DNA of 64,000 nucleotides from Armatimonadota bacterium (lineage in GTDB: Bacteria > Armatimonadota > Fimbriimonadia > Fimbriimonadales > GBS-DC): positions 1 through 64,000 of the forward strand of contig JBBIML010000009.1 of NCBI GenBank assembly GCA_037444405.1, read 5' to 3'. The position numbers and the translations under genes are program-made. Below, piece after piece: positions 1 through 9,686 of this stretch. Each line of letters begins with the position of its first letter. Position 1 is the first letter of the stretch. Below the pieces are notes generated by a model, which worked only from the letters and a program-made list of their open reading frames with translations, did no database searches and was not told where the DNA came from.

Positions 1-774
1 AAGGTGGAGCTGGTATGGCTGAGCCTGCTGGGTTTCGCCGCGCTCTGCATGGTATCCAGCGGTCTGTATTTGCTGAACGACCTGCGCGATCGGGAACGCG
101 ACCGCCATCATCCCGTGAAGTCGCAGCGCCCGATCGCGTCGGGTCGACTGCCCGTGCCGGTGGCGTGGGCGGCGGCGCTAACGCTGCTGACGGCTGGGCT
201 GGCGCTGGCGTTCGCCCTGCGCATCCCGTTCGGCGCCGTGGTGCTGACCTACGCCGTGCTAACCAACCTCTACACGCTCTATCTGAAGCAGTTCCCGATT
301 CTGGATGTGGCGGTGATTGCGCTGGGCTTCCTGCTGCGGGCGGTTTCGGGCGCCGTGCTGATCGATGTGACGATCTCCCCGTGGCTGATTATCTGCACCT
401 TCTTCCTCGCGCTCTTTCTGGGCTTTGCGAAGCGTCGCCATGAGCTGATTGCGCTTGGCACGGACGCCACGCAGCACCGCAACACGCTCGGCGAATATTC
501 CACCACCATCCTCGAACACCTGCTGACGATGTGCATGGTGTTCGCCATCCAGTCGTACGCCATCTATGTGATCTTATCGGACACGGCGAAGCACCATCCT
601 GGACTCTGGTATACTTTGCCTGTGGTGACTTACGGGCTGTTTCGGTACTTTTATCTGGTTCACCGCTACGATGCGGGCGGCAGCCCAGAGCGCTTGATTG
701 TGGGCGACCGCCATATCGCGCTGTCGGTGCTGGTCTGGCTGGGCATCGTGCTGTGGGTAATGATGAGGAGTTAG
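1..774 (+). CDS. UbiA-family prenyltransferase, decaprenyl-phosphate phosphoribosyltransferase-like; 5' end probably outside the window
   Basis: Polytopic membrane protein with YLLNDLRDRERDRHHPVKSQRPIASG, LFLGFAKRRHEL and GGSPE motifs. Confidence 0.85.
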   Translation, partial: KVELVWLSLLGFAALCMVSSGLYLLNDLRDRERDRHHPVKSQRPIASGRLPVPVAWAAALTLLTAGLALAFALRIPFGAVVLTYAVLTNLYTLYLKQFPILDVAVIALGFLLRAVSGAVLIDVTISPWLIICTFFLALFLGFAKRRHELIALGTDATQHRNTLGEYSTTILEHLLTMCMVFAIQSYAIYVILSDTAKHHPGLWYTLPVVTYGLFRYFYLVHRYDAGGSPERLIVGDRHIALSVLVWLGIVLWVMMRS

Positions 775-777
775 GCG

Positions 778-1305
778 ATGTTGACGAGCGCACGCGCACT
801 GGTGAACAGTTTGCCCACCGGGGTTCGGCAATTTTTGAAGTTTTGCACGGTGGGCGCGTTCAACACTGCGCTGGACTGGGGTCTGGCGTTCGTGCTGACC
901 TACTTTACGCCGATTCCGCGCCTGCTGGGCGGCTGGCTGGCAAACGGGTTGAACACGCTCGGCTTTGCTCTGCGTGCCGAAACCGTCGCGGTGTTCGTCA
1001 CCAAGGTCATCTCATCGGGCACGGCGACCTGCAACAGCTTCATCTGGAATCGTCGCTGGACTTTCCGCATTCAGGGTCGCCAGGCGCGCACGCGCCAGTT
1101 CGCCCGTTTCGTGACGGTGAATGTAATCGGGATGCTGCTGAACTCCACTATCACCACGCTGATTGTGCGCCCTTTCCTGCCCCCACCGCCGCACAAGCCG
1201 CACCCGCTGCTGTTTATGGGCGCTCAGGCGGTCGCCACGCTGATTGTGCTGTTCTGGAACTTCTTCGCGAACAAATACTGGACCTTCAAGGACGCCATGC
1301 CTTAA
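778..1305 (+). CDS. GtrA-family membrane protein (putative lipid-linked sugar flippase)
   Basis: QFLKFCTVGAFNT...NSFIWNRRWTF...WNFFANKYWTF, about 4 TM segments. Confidence 0.88.
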   Translation: MLTSARALVNSLPTGVRQFLKFCTVGAFNTALDWGLAFVLTYFTPIPRLLGGWLANGLNTLGFALRAETVAVFVTKVISSGTATCNSFIWNRRWTFRIQGRQARTRQFARFVTVNVIGMLLNSTITTLIVRPFLPPPPHKPHPLLFMGAQAVATLIVLFWNFFANKYWTFKDAMP

Positions 1306-1320
1306 CGGGAGGCTGAGACG

Positions 1321-2232
1321 ATGCTGGATCAGTTCCTATTAGAGTTGAAACGGTTGCCGCGCCCCCACCCTGTGTGGGCGATGTTTGTGGCGGCGTTTAT
1401 CGGCGCGTTGCTGTATGCCTATCGCGAGGTGATTGAATGGTACTGGTTGCCGCGCTGGGGCGACCCCAACGGCTACTATTCGTATGCCTATCTGGTTCCG
1501 CCGCTGGCGATGGCGATGATCTGGATGCGGCGGGAGCAGCTGCTGCAGCTGCAGGCTCAACCCTCGTGGTGGGGTATCCCTGTGCTGCTGTGGGGCGCAG
1601 GACTGCACCTGCTGGGGCACTGGGGCTGGTCGAGCTGGCTCTCCAGCATGGGCTTTCCTCTGTTTCTGATAGGGGGTAGCCTGCTGCTGTTCGGCGCGCC
1701 CATCACGCGCGTGCTGCTCTACCCGTTGCTCTTCCTCTACCTGATGATGCCGATGCCCTCCGTCGTGTTCGATGAAATCACCAACCCTATCAAGGTATGG
1801 TCGACGGAGGTGGCGCTGGCGATTCTGTCGCCTTTCTACAGCCTGTTGCGCACCAGTCAGGTGACCTTTATTATGCCATCGGGCTACGAACTGCATGTGG
1901 GTGTGGAGTGCAGCGGCTTCAAAGTGACGGTCGCTCTGCTCACTTTTTTGCTGTTCTTTTTCACGCTGACCGATTTGCCCCTCTGGAAAAAGCTTATCCT
2001 GCCCGTTGCCCTGCTGCCGATAGCGATTCTTTCCAACGGCATCCGCATCGCGCTGATAGCGATTTTCGGGCATCACTTTGGACCCGAAGCGGGTAAGATA
2101 GCGCATGAGGGCTACGAGCTGACCCTGCCCCTGCTGGGCACGGTCAACATTCCGACAACGGGCGCCCTGGAGATACTGATCCCCTTTGTGGCGCTCTTTC
2201 TGATAGCGAGGTGGCTCGGATGGAAGAGATAG
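1321..2232 (+). CDS. Exosortase (EpsH/XrtA family)
   Basis: Multi-TM protein with catalytic Cys (VGVECSG), Arg (NGIRI) and His (IAHE); followed by an EpsI-like gene. Confidence 0.9.
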   Translation: MLDQFLLELKRLPRPHPVWAMFVAAFIGALLYAYREVIEWYWLPRWGDPNGYYSYAYLVPPLAMAMIWMRREQLLQLQAQPSWWGIPVLLWGAGLHLLGHWGWSSWLSSMGFPLFLIGGSLLLFGAPITRVLLYPLLFLYLMMPMPSVVFDEITNPIKVWSTEVALAILSPFYSLLRTSQVTFIMPSGYELHVGVECSGFKVTVALLTFLLFFFTLTDLPLWKKLILPVALLPIAILSNGIRIALIAIFGHHFGPEAGKIAHEGYELTLPLLGTVNIPTTGALEILIPFVALFLIARWLGWKR

Positions 2233-2993
2233 AGGTGCAGGAGGAAGTGCGCCTGCCAGAGCCAGCCGATGGCGTCGAGCCGTCGAAGGACGCTGATGCC
2301 GTTCCGCAGGCGGGATCGGCTGCCAGCGTGCCGATAGACTGGCGCCGGTTTCGCGTGCCGATGGTGATGCTGACCCTGCTGATGGTGGGTGTGCTGCTCG
2401 CGGTGCAATTTATGCCGCGGGCGCCCGCAAAACCGGGCGAACGCACGCTCAATCGCGTGCCCAAACAGGTCGGCGAGTGGCAGATGATTCAGGAGTACGA
2501 GATGTCGGCAGATGCCGCCAACGAGCTGAAGCCTGACGAATATATCGCCCGCGTCTATGTGAACCATAACGGCGAGGAAGCCGATTTTATCATTCTGGCT
2601 GGCTCCCACACGGGCGCGTTCCACAACCCGCAGGTCTGTTTCCGCGTGCAGAACTGGGAATTTGTCGATAACCGTGAAGTGGTGTTGCGCGTGCCGGGTC
2701 TGAAAGCACCCATCCATGCGCGGCTGGTGCATCTGGTGAACCTGGCGGGCGCCAAGCGCGAGGCGGTCGGGATTTATTTCTATTCAACGCCGATGGGCTA
2801 CCGTGCCGACACTTCGAGCGCGCGCATTCTGCTGCTGGTCTCGCGAGTGGCGGGCATCGATCAGCGGGCGTACTTCATCCGCTTCATTAAGCCCAGCACG
2901 GGCAACCCGGAGCGCGACGCCGGGGCGCTGAAGGCGTTCGCCGAGCAGATGCTTGCGGCGATGCGCCAGACGAACCCTGAAGTGGTGCGCTGA
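2220..2993 (+). CDS. Exosortase-associated EpsI-family protein
   Basis: One TM segment, then VPKQVGEW...ELKPDEYIARVY...FHNPQVCF; ATG at 2220 overlaps the exosortase end. Confidence 0.8.
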   Translation: MEEIEVQEEVRLPEPADGVEPSKDADAVPQAGSAASVPIDWRRFRVPMVMLTLLMVGVLLAVQFMPRAPAKPGERTLNRVPKQVGEWQMIQEYEMSADAANELKPDEYIARVYVNHNGEEADFIILAGSHTGAFHNPQVCFRVQNWEFVDNREVVLRVPGLKAPIHARLVHLVNLAGAKREAVGIYFYSTPMGYRADTSSARILLLVSRVAGIDQRAYFIRFIKPSTGNPERDAGALKAFAEQMLAAMRQTNPEVVR

Positions 2994-3868
2994 TGTCGGC
3001 GGAGACGCTGCTGTTGCGGGCACAGGGGCTTGTGTCGGAGCCAGTGGGCGACTTTCGGCTGCAGTCGCTGAGCTTCGAGGTGCATCGGGGAGAGTGCGTC
3101 GCGCTGTTTGGTCCCAGTGGTTCGGGCAAGAGCCTGTTGCTGGCGCTGATCGCGGGCGAGTTGCCGCTGGAGGCGGGCGTGCTGGAGTGCGCCGATTTCG
3201 CCCGGATGCCTGAGTTGCCCGCCGGGCGCGCCGCGCTGAAGCTCACGCCGAACCGCTGGATGAAGCGCCACGCCTCCAGCTGGGCGCGGGCGGTCTACCT
3301 GCTGGAGCTGCTGGGGCTGGGCGAGCAGGTGGACACCCCAATTGCCGAGCTGTCCGACGGCGCCCGCGCCATGCTACAGGTCGGCGCCGCACTGGCACAA
3401 CGCGCCAACCTCTACCTGCTCGATGACCCCTTCGATAAAGCCGATTTCGAGCGGCGGCAACGGCTCTGGATGGAGCTGGAGGAGCGCAGCCGATTCGGGG
3501 CCGCTATCCTGTTCGCCACACGCGACCCTGCCATTGCCCGCCATGCCGACCGCGTGCTGATGCTCCATCAGGGACGCCTGATCGCCTTTGACACACCCGA
3601 CCAGCTCGTGCGCGATCTGCAGGCGACACGACTGGAGATTGAGACCACCGATCTCCAGCCCGTGCTGGATGTGCTGGGCGAGGTGGAGTTTCGGGTGGTG
3701 GAGCAGGGTGACGGTTATCGGCTGAGCTTGTTTGCGGACGACACGCTCGCTTTACGCCTTCTGCGGGAGGGTTACGGCGCAGTGCGCGCCGTCTATCTGC
3801 GCGAGCCGACGCTCGCCGACGCATGGCAGTGGTTCGCCCTCCGCCACCGCCACAGGAGCCATCTCTAA
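2993..3868 (+). CDS. ABC-type ATP-binding protein with degenerate motifs
   Basis: Walker A GPSGSGKS; signature LSDG; Walker B LYLLDDP. Confidence 0.75.
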   Translation: MSAETLLLRAQGLVSEPVGDFRLQSLSFEVHRGECVALFGPSGSGKSLLLALIAGELPLEAGVLECADFARMPELPAGRAALKLTPNRWMKRHASSWARAVYLLELLGLGEQVDTPIAELSDGARAMLQVGAALAQRANLYLLDDPFDKADFERRQRLWMELEERSRFGAAILFATRDPAIARHADRVLMLHQGRLIAFDTPDQLVRDLQATRLEIETTDLQPVLDVLGEVEFRVVEQGDGYRLSLFADDTLALRLLREGYGAVRAVYLREPTLADAWQWFALRHRHRSHL

Positions 3869-3880
3869 AAAGGGATAGCG

Positions 3881-4786
3881 TTATCGTTCGCGGGCGATGA
3901 CATAGTGAGCTAACCAGCGGAGGGGGTCGGCTTCGGTGCGGAAGGGCTGGAGGGCATCGAGGGCGGTTTGCAGTTCCTGCTGGGCGCGCTGGCGGGCGGC
4001 GTCCAGCCCGTACAGGCGCGGGTAGGTCGCCTTCTGGCGCGACCTGTCGGTGCCCGTCGCCTTGCCCAGTCGTGCAGGGTCGCCCGTCTCGTTCAGAATA
4101 TCGTCCACAATCTGGAACGCCAGCCCCAGCGCACGGCTGTAGGCGTCCAGCGCGCGCTCGGCGTCCGCATCGGCGCCACCGAGGATCGCGCCCGAGAGCA
4201 CCGCCGCGCGAATGAGCGCGCCCGTCTTGCGCGAATGGATATAGGCGAGCTGCTCCGGTGTTACAGGCTCGCCTTCGGAAAGGATATCCTCCACCTGCCC
4301 GCCCACCATGCCGTCCACGCCAACCGCGTCCGCAATCAGTTTAAGCACGCGCACCACCCGTTCGGGCGGACTGATCTCCGCCTGGCGAGCGATCAGACCG
4401 AAGGCGTGGGCGAACAGCGCGTCACCTGTCAGGATCGCCATCGCCTCGCCGAACTGCACATGGCAGGTGGGCTTGCCCCGCCGCAGGGCGTCGTTGTCCA
4501 GCGCGGGCAGGTCGTCGTGGATGAGGCTGAAGGTGTGGATGAGTTCAAGGGCGCAGGCGGTGGGCAGCACCTGCGCGAGCGTGCCGCCAACCGCCTCCGC
4601 CGCCGCGATGCACAGCATCGGGCGCAGGCGCTTGCCCCCGTCCAGCGTCGTGTAGCGCATCGCTTCCGGCAGGATGCGCGGGCGCTCGCCCGGCGTGGGC
4701 AGCCACTCGCCCAGCGCCCGCTCAATCGCCTGCAGGCGCGGCTGGAGATAGGCATCCAGATTCGCCAGCCATGTCTCGCTTCTCAA
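3881..4786 (-). CDS. ispA: Polyprenyl (farnesyl/geranylgeranyl) diphosphate synthase
   Basis: GGKRLRP, SLIHDDLPALDNDALRRGKPT, KTGAL and FQIVDDIL motifs. Confidence 0.92.
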   Translation of the reverse strand: MRSETWLANLDAYLQPRLQAIERALGEWLPTPGERPRILPEAMRYTTLDGGKRLRPMLCIAAAEAVGGTLAQVLPTACALELIHTFSLIHDDLPALDNDALRRGKPTCHVQFGEAMAILTGDALFAHAFGLIARQAEISPPERVVRVLKLIADAVGVDGMVGGQVEDILSEGEPVTPEQLAYIHSRKTGALIRAAVLSGAILGGADADAERALDAYSRALGLAFQIVDDILNETGDPARLGKATGTDRSRQKATYPRLYGLDAARQRAQQELQTALDALQPFRTEADPLRWLAHYVIARER

Positions 4787-4795
4787 GCAATCGCC

Positions 4796-6313
4796 TCAAC
4801 TTGCGAAATAGAGTTCGTTGAACTTGCGTTCGAAGTAGCGCAGGAGCGGCTCGGCACTGGGCGGCTGACCCGTGATGCGCTGGATCAGGTCGGGTGGCGC
4901 GTAGCGCTTGCCCTGCCGATGCACCTTCTCGCGCAGCCACTCCAGCAGGGGCACGAACTCGCCCTTGCGGAACATTGCGGGCAAATCGCCCAGATCGCGC
5001 GCCGCCGCCTCGAACAGCTGCGCCGCGTACAGATTGCCCAGCGTGTAGGTCGGAAAGTAGCCGATTAACCCACCCGACCAGTGGACATCCTGCAGCACGC
5101 CTTCGGCGTCGTTCGCGGGACGGAAACCCAGATACGACTCGAACCGCTCGTTCCACGCATCGGGCAGGTCGTCCACCTGCAGCTTGCCCCGCATCAGCGC
5201 CAGCTCCAGCTCGAAGCGCAGCAGAATATGCAGGTTGTAGGTCACCTCATCGGCTTCCACACGGATGGGCGACGGCTTGACCTCGTTAATGGCGAACACG
5301 AACTCGTCGAGGCTCACATCCTGCAGCGCGGTGAAATAGTGTTGGGCGATGGGATAGAAATGCTCCCAGAAGGCGCGGCTGCGCCCCACGAAGTTCTCCC
5401 ACATGCGCGATTGCGATTCGTGGACGCCGAGCGAGACCGATTCGCCCATCGGCGTGCCGAAATGCTCTTCGGGCAGTCCCAGCTCGTAGAGGGCGTGCCC
5501 CAGCTCGTGGATTGTGCCGAACAGCGCGGGGCAGAGAAAATCCTCGTAGTAGCGCGTGGTGATGCGCACATCGCCGGGACCGAGCCGTGTGGCGAACGGA
5601 TGCACGGTGGGGTCTAATCGCCCGCTCTGCCAGTCGAAGGTGAGCCGCTCGGCGATCAGGCGGCAGAACGCCTCCTGCTGGGGTCGGGGGTAGTGGCGGT
5701 GCAGGATCGCACTGTTGGGCTGGCGCGGCGCGCTCTGCAGGCGCTGGACCAGCTCCGGCGTGCGTTCGCGCAACGGCGCAAACAGGCGCTCCACCTGACG
5801 CGCCGTCATGCCCTGCTCGTATTCGTCCAGCAGGGCGTCATACGGCTCCGATTCGTAGCCCAATCGCTCGGCGATTTCGCGGCTGAGCTGAACAATCTGC
5901 TCCAGATAGGGCTTGAAGAGCGCGTAGCTCGACTGAGCGCGCGCCTCCTCCCACGCCTTCTCCGCCAGCGAGGTGATGCGCGCGAACTCCACCACCAGCT
6001 TGTGGGGCAGTTTGGTCATGCGGTCATAAGTGCGCCGCCACTGACGGATGTTGACCGCCTCGACGCTTTCGGGGTCAGCAACGAGGTCGCTGTTTTCGAG
6101 GGTGGCGAGCCACTCGCCGATGCGCGGGTCGGTCAACCGCTGATGAACCATACCCGCCAGCAACGCCATCTGGTTCGCGCGGTGAGGGGCAGCGCGGGGC
6201 GGCATCATCACACGCTGATCCCAACCCAGCACACTAATTGCCGAACTTAATAGCGCGGTCTCCCGCGACCACGCCTCCAGCTGCCGATACACCTCCTGTG
6301 GATCTGCCATCAT
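4796..6313 (-). CDS. Carboxypeptidase, M32 (Taq) family
   Basis: HPF, DVRITTR, HELGH, HESQS, IRVEADEVTY, QDVHW and GYFPTY motifs. Confidence 0.95.
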   Translation of the reverse strand: MMADPQEVYRQLEAWSRETALLSSAISVLGWDQRVMMPPRAAPHRANQMALLAGMVHQRLTDPRIGEWLATLENSDLVADPESVEAVNIRQWRRTYDRMTKLPHKLVVEFARITSLAEKAWEEARAQSSYALFKPYLEQIVQLSREIAERLGYESEPYDALLDEYEQGMTARQVERLFAPLRERTPELVQRLQSAPRQPNSAILHRHYPRPQQEAFCRLIAERLTFDWQSGRLDPTVHPFATRLGPGDVRITTRYYEDFLCPALFGTIHELGHALYELGLPEEHFGTPMGESVSLGVHESQSRMWENFVGRSRAFWEHFYPIAQHYFTALQDVSLDEFVFAINEVKPSPIRVEADEVTYNLHILLRFELELALMRGKLQVDDLPDAWNERFESYLGFRPANDAEGVLQDVHWSGGLIGYFPTYTLGNLYAAQLFEAAARDLGDLPAMFRKGEFVPLLEWLREKVHRQGKRYAPPDLIQRITGQPPSAEPLLRYFERKFNELYFAS

Positions 6314-6332
6314 CTGCTCCTCAATCGGAAAG

Positions 6333-6374
6333 GATTATACCCCCGCACCATCACCTGCGCAGATGGGGTATAAT
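6333..6374. promoter_or_regulatory. Divergent sigma70 -10 boxes (TATAAT) for the M32 peptidase (-) and rpsP (+)
   Basis: ATTATA near 6334-6339 and GGTATAAT near 6367-6374 in the intergenic gap. Confidence 0.55.
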
Positions 6375-6412
6375 ACCTCACCTGAGAGCAGGAGAGAACG
6401 GAGGCATCGCGA

Positions 6413-6703
6413 ATGTTAAGGATACGATTGATGCGCATGGGCAAAAAGAAGAAGCCGTTTTACAGGGTTGTGGTGGCGCCGAGCCAGAACCCGCGTTCGG
6501 GTCGGTGCGTGGAGGTTGTCGGATACTATAACCCGCTACCGAACCCGGCGCAGATTCAGCTCAATGAGGAGCGCGTGCTGTACTGGCTGCGGGTCGGAGC
6601 GCAGCCGACGGAGACCGTGCAACGCCTGCTGAACCTGACAGGCGTCTGGCAAAAGTTTTCAGGGCGGGAAGGGACTCAATCTGAAACGAGCCCGACCTCC
6701 TGA
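6413..6703 (+). CDS. rpsP: 30S ribosomal protein S16
   Basis: MLRIRLMRMGKKKKPFYRVVV...GYYNP...WLRVGAQPTETV. Confidence 0.97.
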   Translation: MLRIRLMRMGKKKKPFYRVVVAPSQNPRSGRCVEVVGYYNPLPNPAQIQLNEERVLYWLRVGAQPTETVQRLLNLTGVWQKFSGREGTQSETSPTS

Positions 6704-6733
6704 ACCACACACCTTAACGGAAGGGGTTAAACC

Positions 6734-7006
6734 ATGCTCAGAGAGTTCCTGGAAGCCTCGGTGCGGGCACTGGTCGATGACCAGAACTCGATCCAGATCG
6801 ACGAGGAGCGCAACGGCTCGCTGCTGCGCTATCGCATTCGGGTCGCCGAATCGGACCGCGGGCGCGTGATTGGCAAGAACGGGCGCATCATCAACGCCCT
6901 GCGCACCGTCGGTCAGGCGGTCGGCAGCAAGAACCGCGTGCGCGTCCAGATTCTGGTCATTACCGACGAGGGCACGCCAGCATCGGAAGGTGAATCCGAA
7001 GCGTAG
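6734..7006 (+). CDS. khpA: KH-domain RNA-binding protein
   Basis: GRVIGKNGRIINALR; lies between rpsP and rimM. Confidence 0.9.
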   Translation: MLREFLEASVRALVDDQNSIQIDEERNGSLLRYRIRVAESDRGRVIGKNGRIINALRTVGQAVGSKNRVRVQILVITDEGTPASEGESEA

Positions 7007-7009
7007 CCC

Positions 7010-7606
7010 ATGCCCGAACGCCATGTGCCCAAGATAGTCAGGCGCTGGGTCACGGTCGGAATCGTTGTACGACCGTTCGGCATGCGGGGCGAGTTGAAGG
7101 TGCGACCGGAGACCGCTTTCCCGGAAGAGCGGTTTCGCGCGGGTGCGCGCCTCTACTGGTGGCGCCCGCCCGATCCACAGCCCGCGCCCGATGAGTCGCC
7201 CGCTCGCCCATTGCACGGCAAACGCCCCCCACGCACAATGCAACCCCAGGAATGCTTCGTCGAATCAGCGCGCTGGCACGGGCAGTGGCTGATTGTCAAA
7301 CTCGAAGGCATCGACACAAGAGCGGATGCCGAGCGCCTGCAAGGCGCACGGCTGATGATCCCACCCGAAGAGCGCATGCCCCTGCCCGACGATGAGTACT
7401 ATCTGGACGACCTCATCGGCATGACGGTCTACACCGAATCGGGCGAACGACTGGGCATTCTGAAGCGCGTGATTGAAGGCGCCGCCTACGACTTCTACGA
7501 GGTGGGGCGCCATCTGATCCCTGCACATCGCCAGTTCATCCTGCAGGTGGATGTGCCCGGTAAGCGCATGGTGGTGCGCCTGCCTGAAGAGGGTAGCGCG
7601 GTATAA
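7010..7606 (+). CDS. rimM: Ribosome maturation factor RimM
   Basis: VGIVVRPFGMRGELKV, EYYLDDLIG, PRC-barrel C-terminus; conserved gene order. Confidence 0.92.
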   Translation: MPERHVPKIVRRWVTVGIVVRPFGMRGELKVRPETAFPEERFRAGARLYWWRPPDPQPAPDESPARPLHGKRPPRTMQPQECFVESARWHGQWLIVKLEGIDTRADAERLQGARLMIPPEERMPLPDDEYYLDDLIGMTVYTESGERLGILKRVIEGAAYDFYEVGRHLIPAHRQFILQVDVPGKRMVVRLPEEGSAV

Positions 7607-7614
7607 TCGGGGGC

Positions 7615-8304
7615 GTGGAGCAGCAGGCATCGGAACGCAGTCGGCGACGAGCCAGACGGCTGGGGCGACTGATCTATGCTCTGGCGCGCGGCATCGGCAA
7701 AACCCTGCGCCTCCATGTGGAGGGCTGGGAGCCGATTGAGCGCCACCTGCGCGAGGGCACAGGCGCTGTGATGGTCACCTGGCACGGGCGCACCTTCATA
7801 CCCGCCAACTATATGAAAGATAAAGGCTTCTGGACCATTATCTCGCTCTCGCGGGATGGCGAGGTTCAGGCGGAGATTTTTCGGCGGTTCGGCTTCCAGA
7901 TTCTGCGCGGTTCGACCAGTCGGGGCGGCTTGCGAGCGGCGCTGGAGGCGGCGCGCGTGGTGCAGGCGGGCGGGATTCTTGCCTTCACGCCCGACGGACC
8001 GCGCGGTCCGAGCCGCAAATGTCAGCCTGGTGCCCTGCTGATTGCCCAGAAGGCGGGCGTGCCCATCTACCCTGCAGGCATCGCTGCATGCCCGCGCATC
8101 CTGCTGCCCACATGGGATCGCTATCTGATCCCGCTGCCGTTCGCCCGCGCCGTGTTCCTGATCGGGGAACCCATCCATGTGCCGCCCGACGCCGATAAAG
8201 ATGCCTTCTCCCAGCTCGCTGAGGTGGTGGAGGCGGCGATTAATGCGCTGGAGGCGCGCGCAGAACAGCTCGCCTGCGGTCGACGCGGAGGTGGCGCCCG
8301 ATGA
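7615..8304 (+). CDS. DUF374 lysophospholipid acyltransferase family (LpxJ-like)
   Basis: WHGR, ISLSRDGE, RGSTSRGG, FTPDGPRGP and WDRYLIPLPF motifs; overlaps waaA. Confidence 0.85.
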   Translation: MEQQASERSRRRARRLGRLIYALARGIGKTLRLHVEGWEPIERHLREGTGAVMVTWHGRTFIPANYMKDKGFWTIISLSRDGEVQAEIFRRFGFQILRGSTSRGGLRAALEAARVVQAGGILAFTPDGPRGPSRKCQPGALLIAQKAGVPIYPAGIAACPRILLPTWDRYLIPLPFARAVFLIGEPIHVPPDADKDAFSQLAEVVEAAINALEARAEQLACGRRGGGAR

Positions 8305-9623
8305 GAGCGCTCTATAACCTGTTGTTGCTGCTGACTGCGCCGCTGTGGATGGTCTATGTGCTAACGCGCATCGTGGGCGGCTCATGGCGCGAGCGGTGGT
8401 GGGAGCGGTTCGGCTTCGTGCCGATCCCGCCGCCCGCTAACCGGCGGCGGCTGTGGGTTCACTGCGTGTCGGTCGGCGAGACGCTGGCGGCGCTGCCCGT
8501 GCTGAAAGCGCTGCGCAAGGCGCTGCCCAACCACGAAATCGTGCTGACCACCACCACGCCCACGGGTCAGCGCACGGCGCACGATAGCGCTCGCAACTGG
8601 GTGGACTATATCGCCTACTTCCCGCTGGATGTGCCCTTCGCGGTGAACCGCGCCCTCTCGCGCATCCAGCCCGACGCGCTGATCCTGTTCGAGACGGAGC
8701 TGTGGTTCAATCTGGTTGCGGCGCAGCATCGGCGGGGCGGGCTGGTGATGGTGCTGAACGGGCGGCTGAGCGATCGCTCGTTTCGGCGAGCGCGGGCGCT
8801 GCGCGCCTTCTATCGCCCGATTCTGCGCTGCGTCGATTGCGCCTGTGTTCAGTCGCCAACAGACGCGCTGCGCTTCGTGGAGCTGGGGCTGTCGCCCGCG
8901 CGGGTGGAGGTGATGGGCAACACCAAGTTCGATCAGGCGCTGGAGTCGGCGGACGCCTCGCCCGATGAGTGGCGGGCACGCCTGTCGCTGCCGCCTGACG
9001 CGCCCGTGATTGTGGTGGGCAGCACGCGCACGCCCGAAGAGGAGCAGCTCGTGATAGAAGCCTGCTGCCTGGTGCGCGCGGCGATGCCCGCGGTCTGCCT
9101 GGTGCTGGCGCCGCGCCATCTGGAGCGCGTGCCCGAAGTGGAGCGCCTCATGCGCGAGAGGGGGCTGAACCCCATACGCCGCACGCAGCTGCCGCTACCC
9201 GACGGGCAGACCGCGCAGGTGGTGCTGGTCGATACCTTCGGCGAACTCTCAGCCATCTATTCGGTGGCGGATGTGGCGGTGGTCGGGGGCGCGTTCGCAC
9301 CGCTGGGCGGGCAGAACCTCTTCCAGCCGCTGGCGCACGGCAAGCCCGTGTTTTTCGGACCCCACACGCACAACTTCCGCGATATTGCGCAACTGGCGAA
9401 GGAGGCGGGCGTCGGCTTCGAAGTGCGCACCGCAGCCGAACTGGCAGAAGGCATCCTGCGCCTGCTGCGCGACGAAAAAGCCCGCCAGCAAATCGAAAAA
9501 AGCGCACGCGAGCTGATTGCCCGCCATCAGGGCGCCGCCCGCCGCTGCGCCCAGCAGGTCAAACTGTGGCTCGAACGCACCCGCCACACCCGTTTCGCCT
9601 CCGCCCCAGCGAAGCGTCTGTAA
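8301..9623 (+). CDS. waaA: 3-deoxy-D-manno-octulosonic acid (Kdo) transferase
   Basis: WVHCVSVGE, ETELWFN, NGRLSDRS, GNTKFD, APRHLER, DTFGEL and GGQN motifs. Confidence 0.93.
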   Translation: MRALYNLLLLLTAPLWMVYVLTRIVGGSWRERWWERFGFVPIPPPANRRRLWVHCVSVGETLAALPVLKALRKALPNHEIVLTTTTPTGQRTAHDSARNWVDYIAYFPLDVPFAVNRALSRIQPDALILFETELWFNLVAAQHRRGGLVMVLNGRLSDRSFRRARALRAFYRPILRCVDCACVQSPTDALRFVELGLSPARVEVMGNTKFDQALESADASPDEWRARLSLPPDAPVIVVGSTRTPEEEQLVIEACCLVRAAMPAVCLVLAPRHLERVPEVERLMRERGLNPIRRTQLPLPDGQTAQVVLVDTFGELSAIYSVADVAVVGGAFAPLGGQNLFQPLAHGKPVFFGPHTHNFRDIAQLAKEAGVGFEVRTAAELAEGILRLLRDEKARQQIEKSARELIARHQGAARRCAQQVKLWLERTRHTRFASAPAKRL

Positions 9624-9686
9624 AAACGGGTATACTCCTCTCCACACCCTTTAAGTCTGCCCGGTGAGGCGACAAGGGAGGATGGA

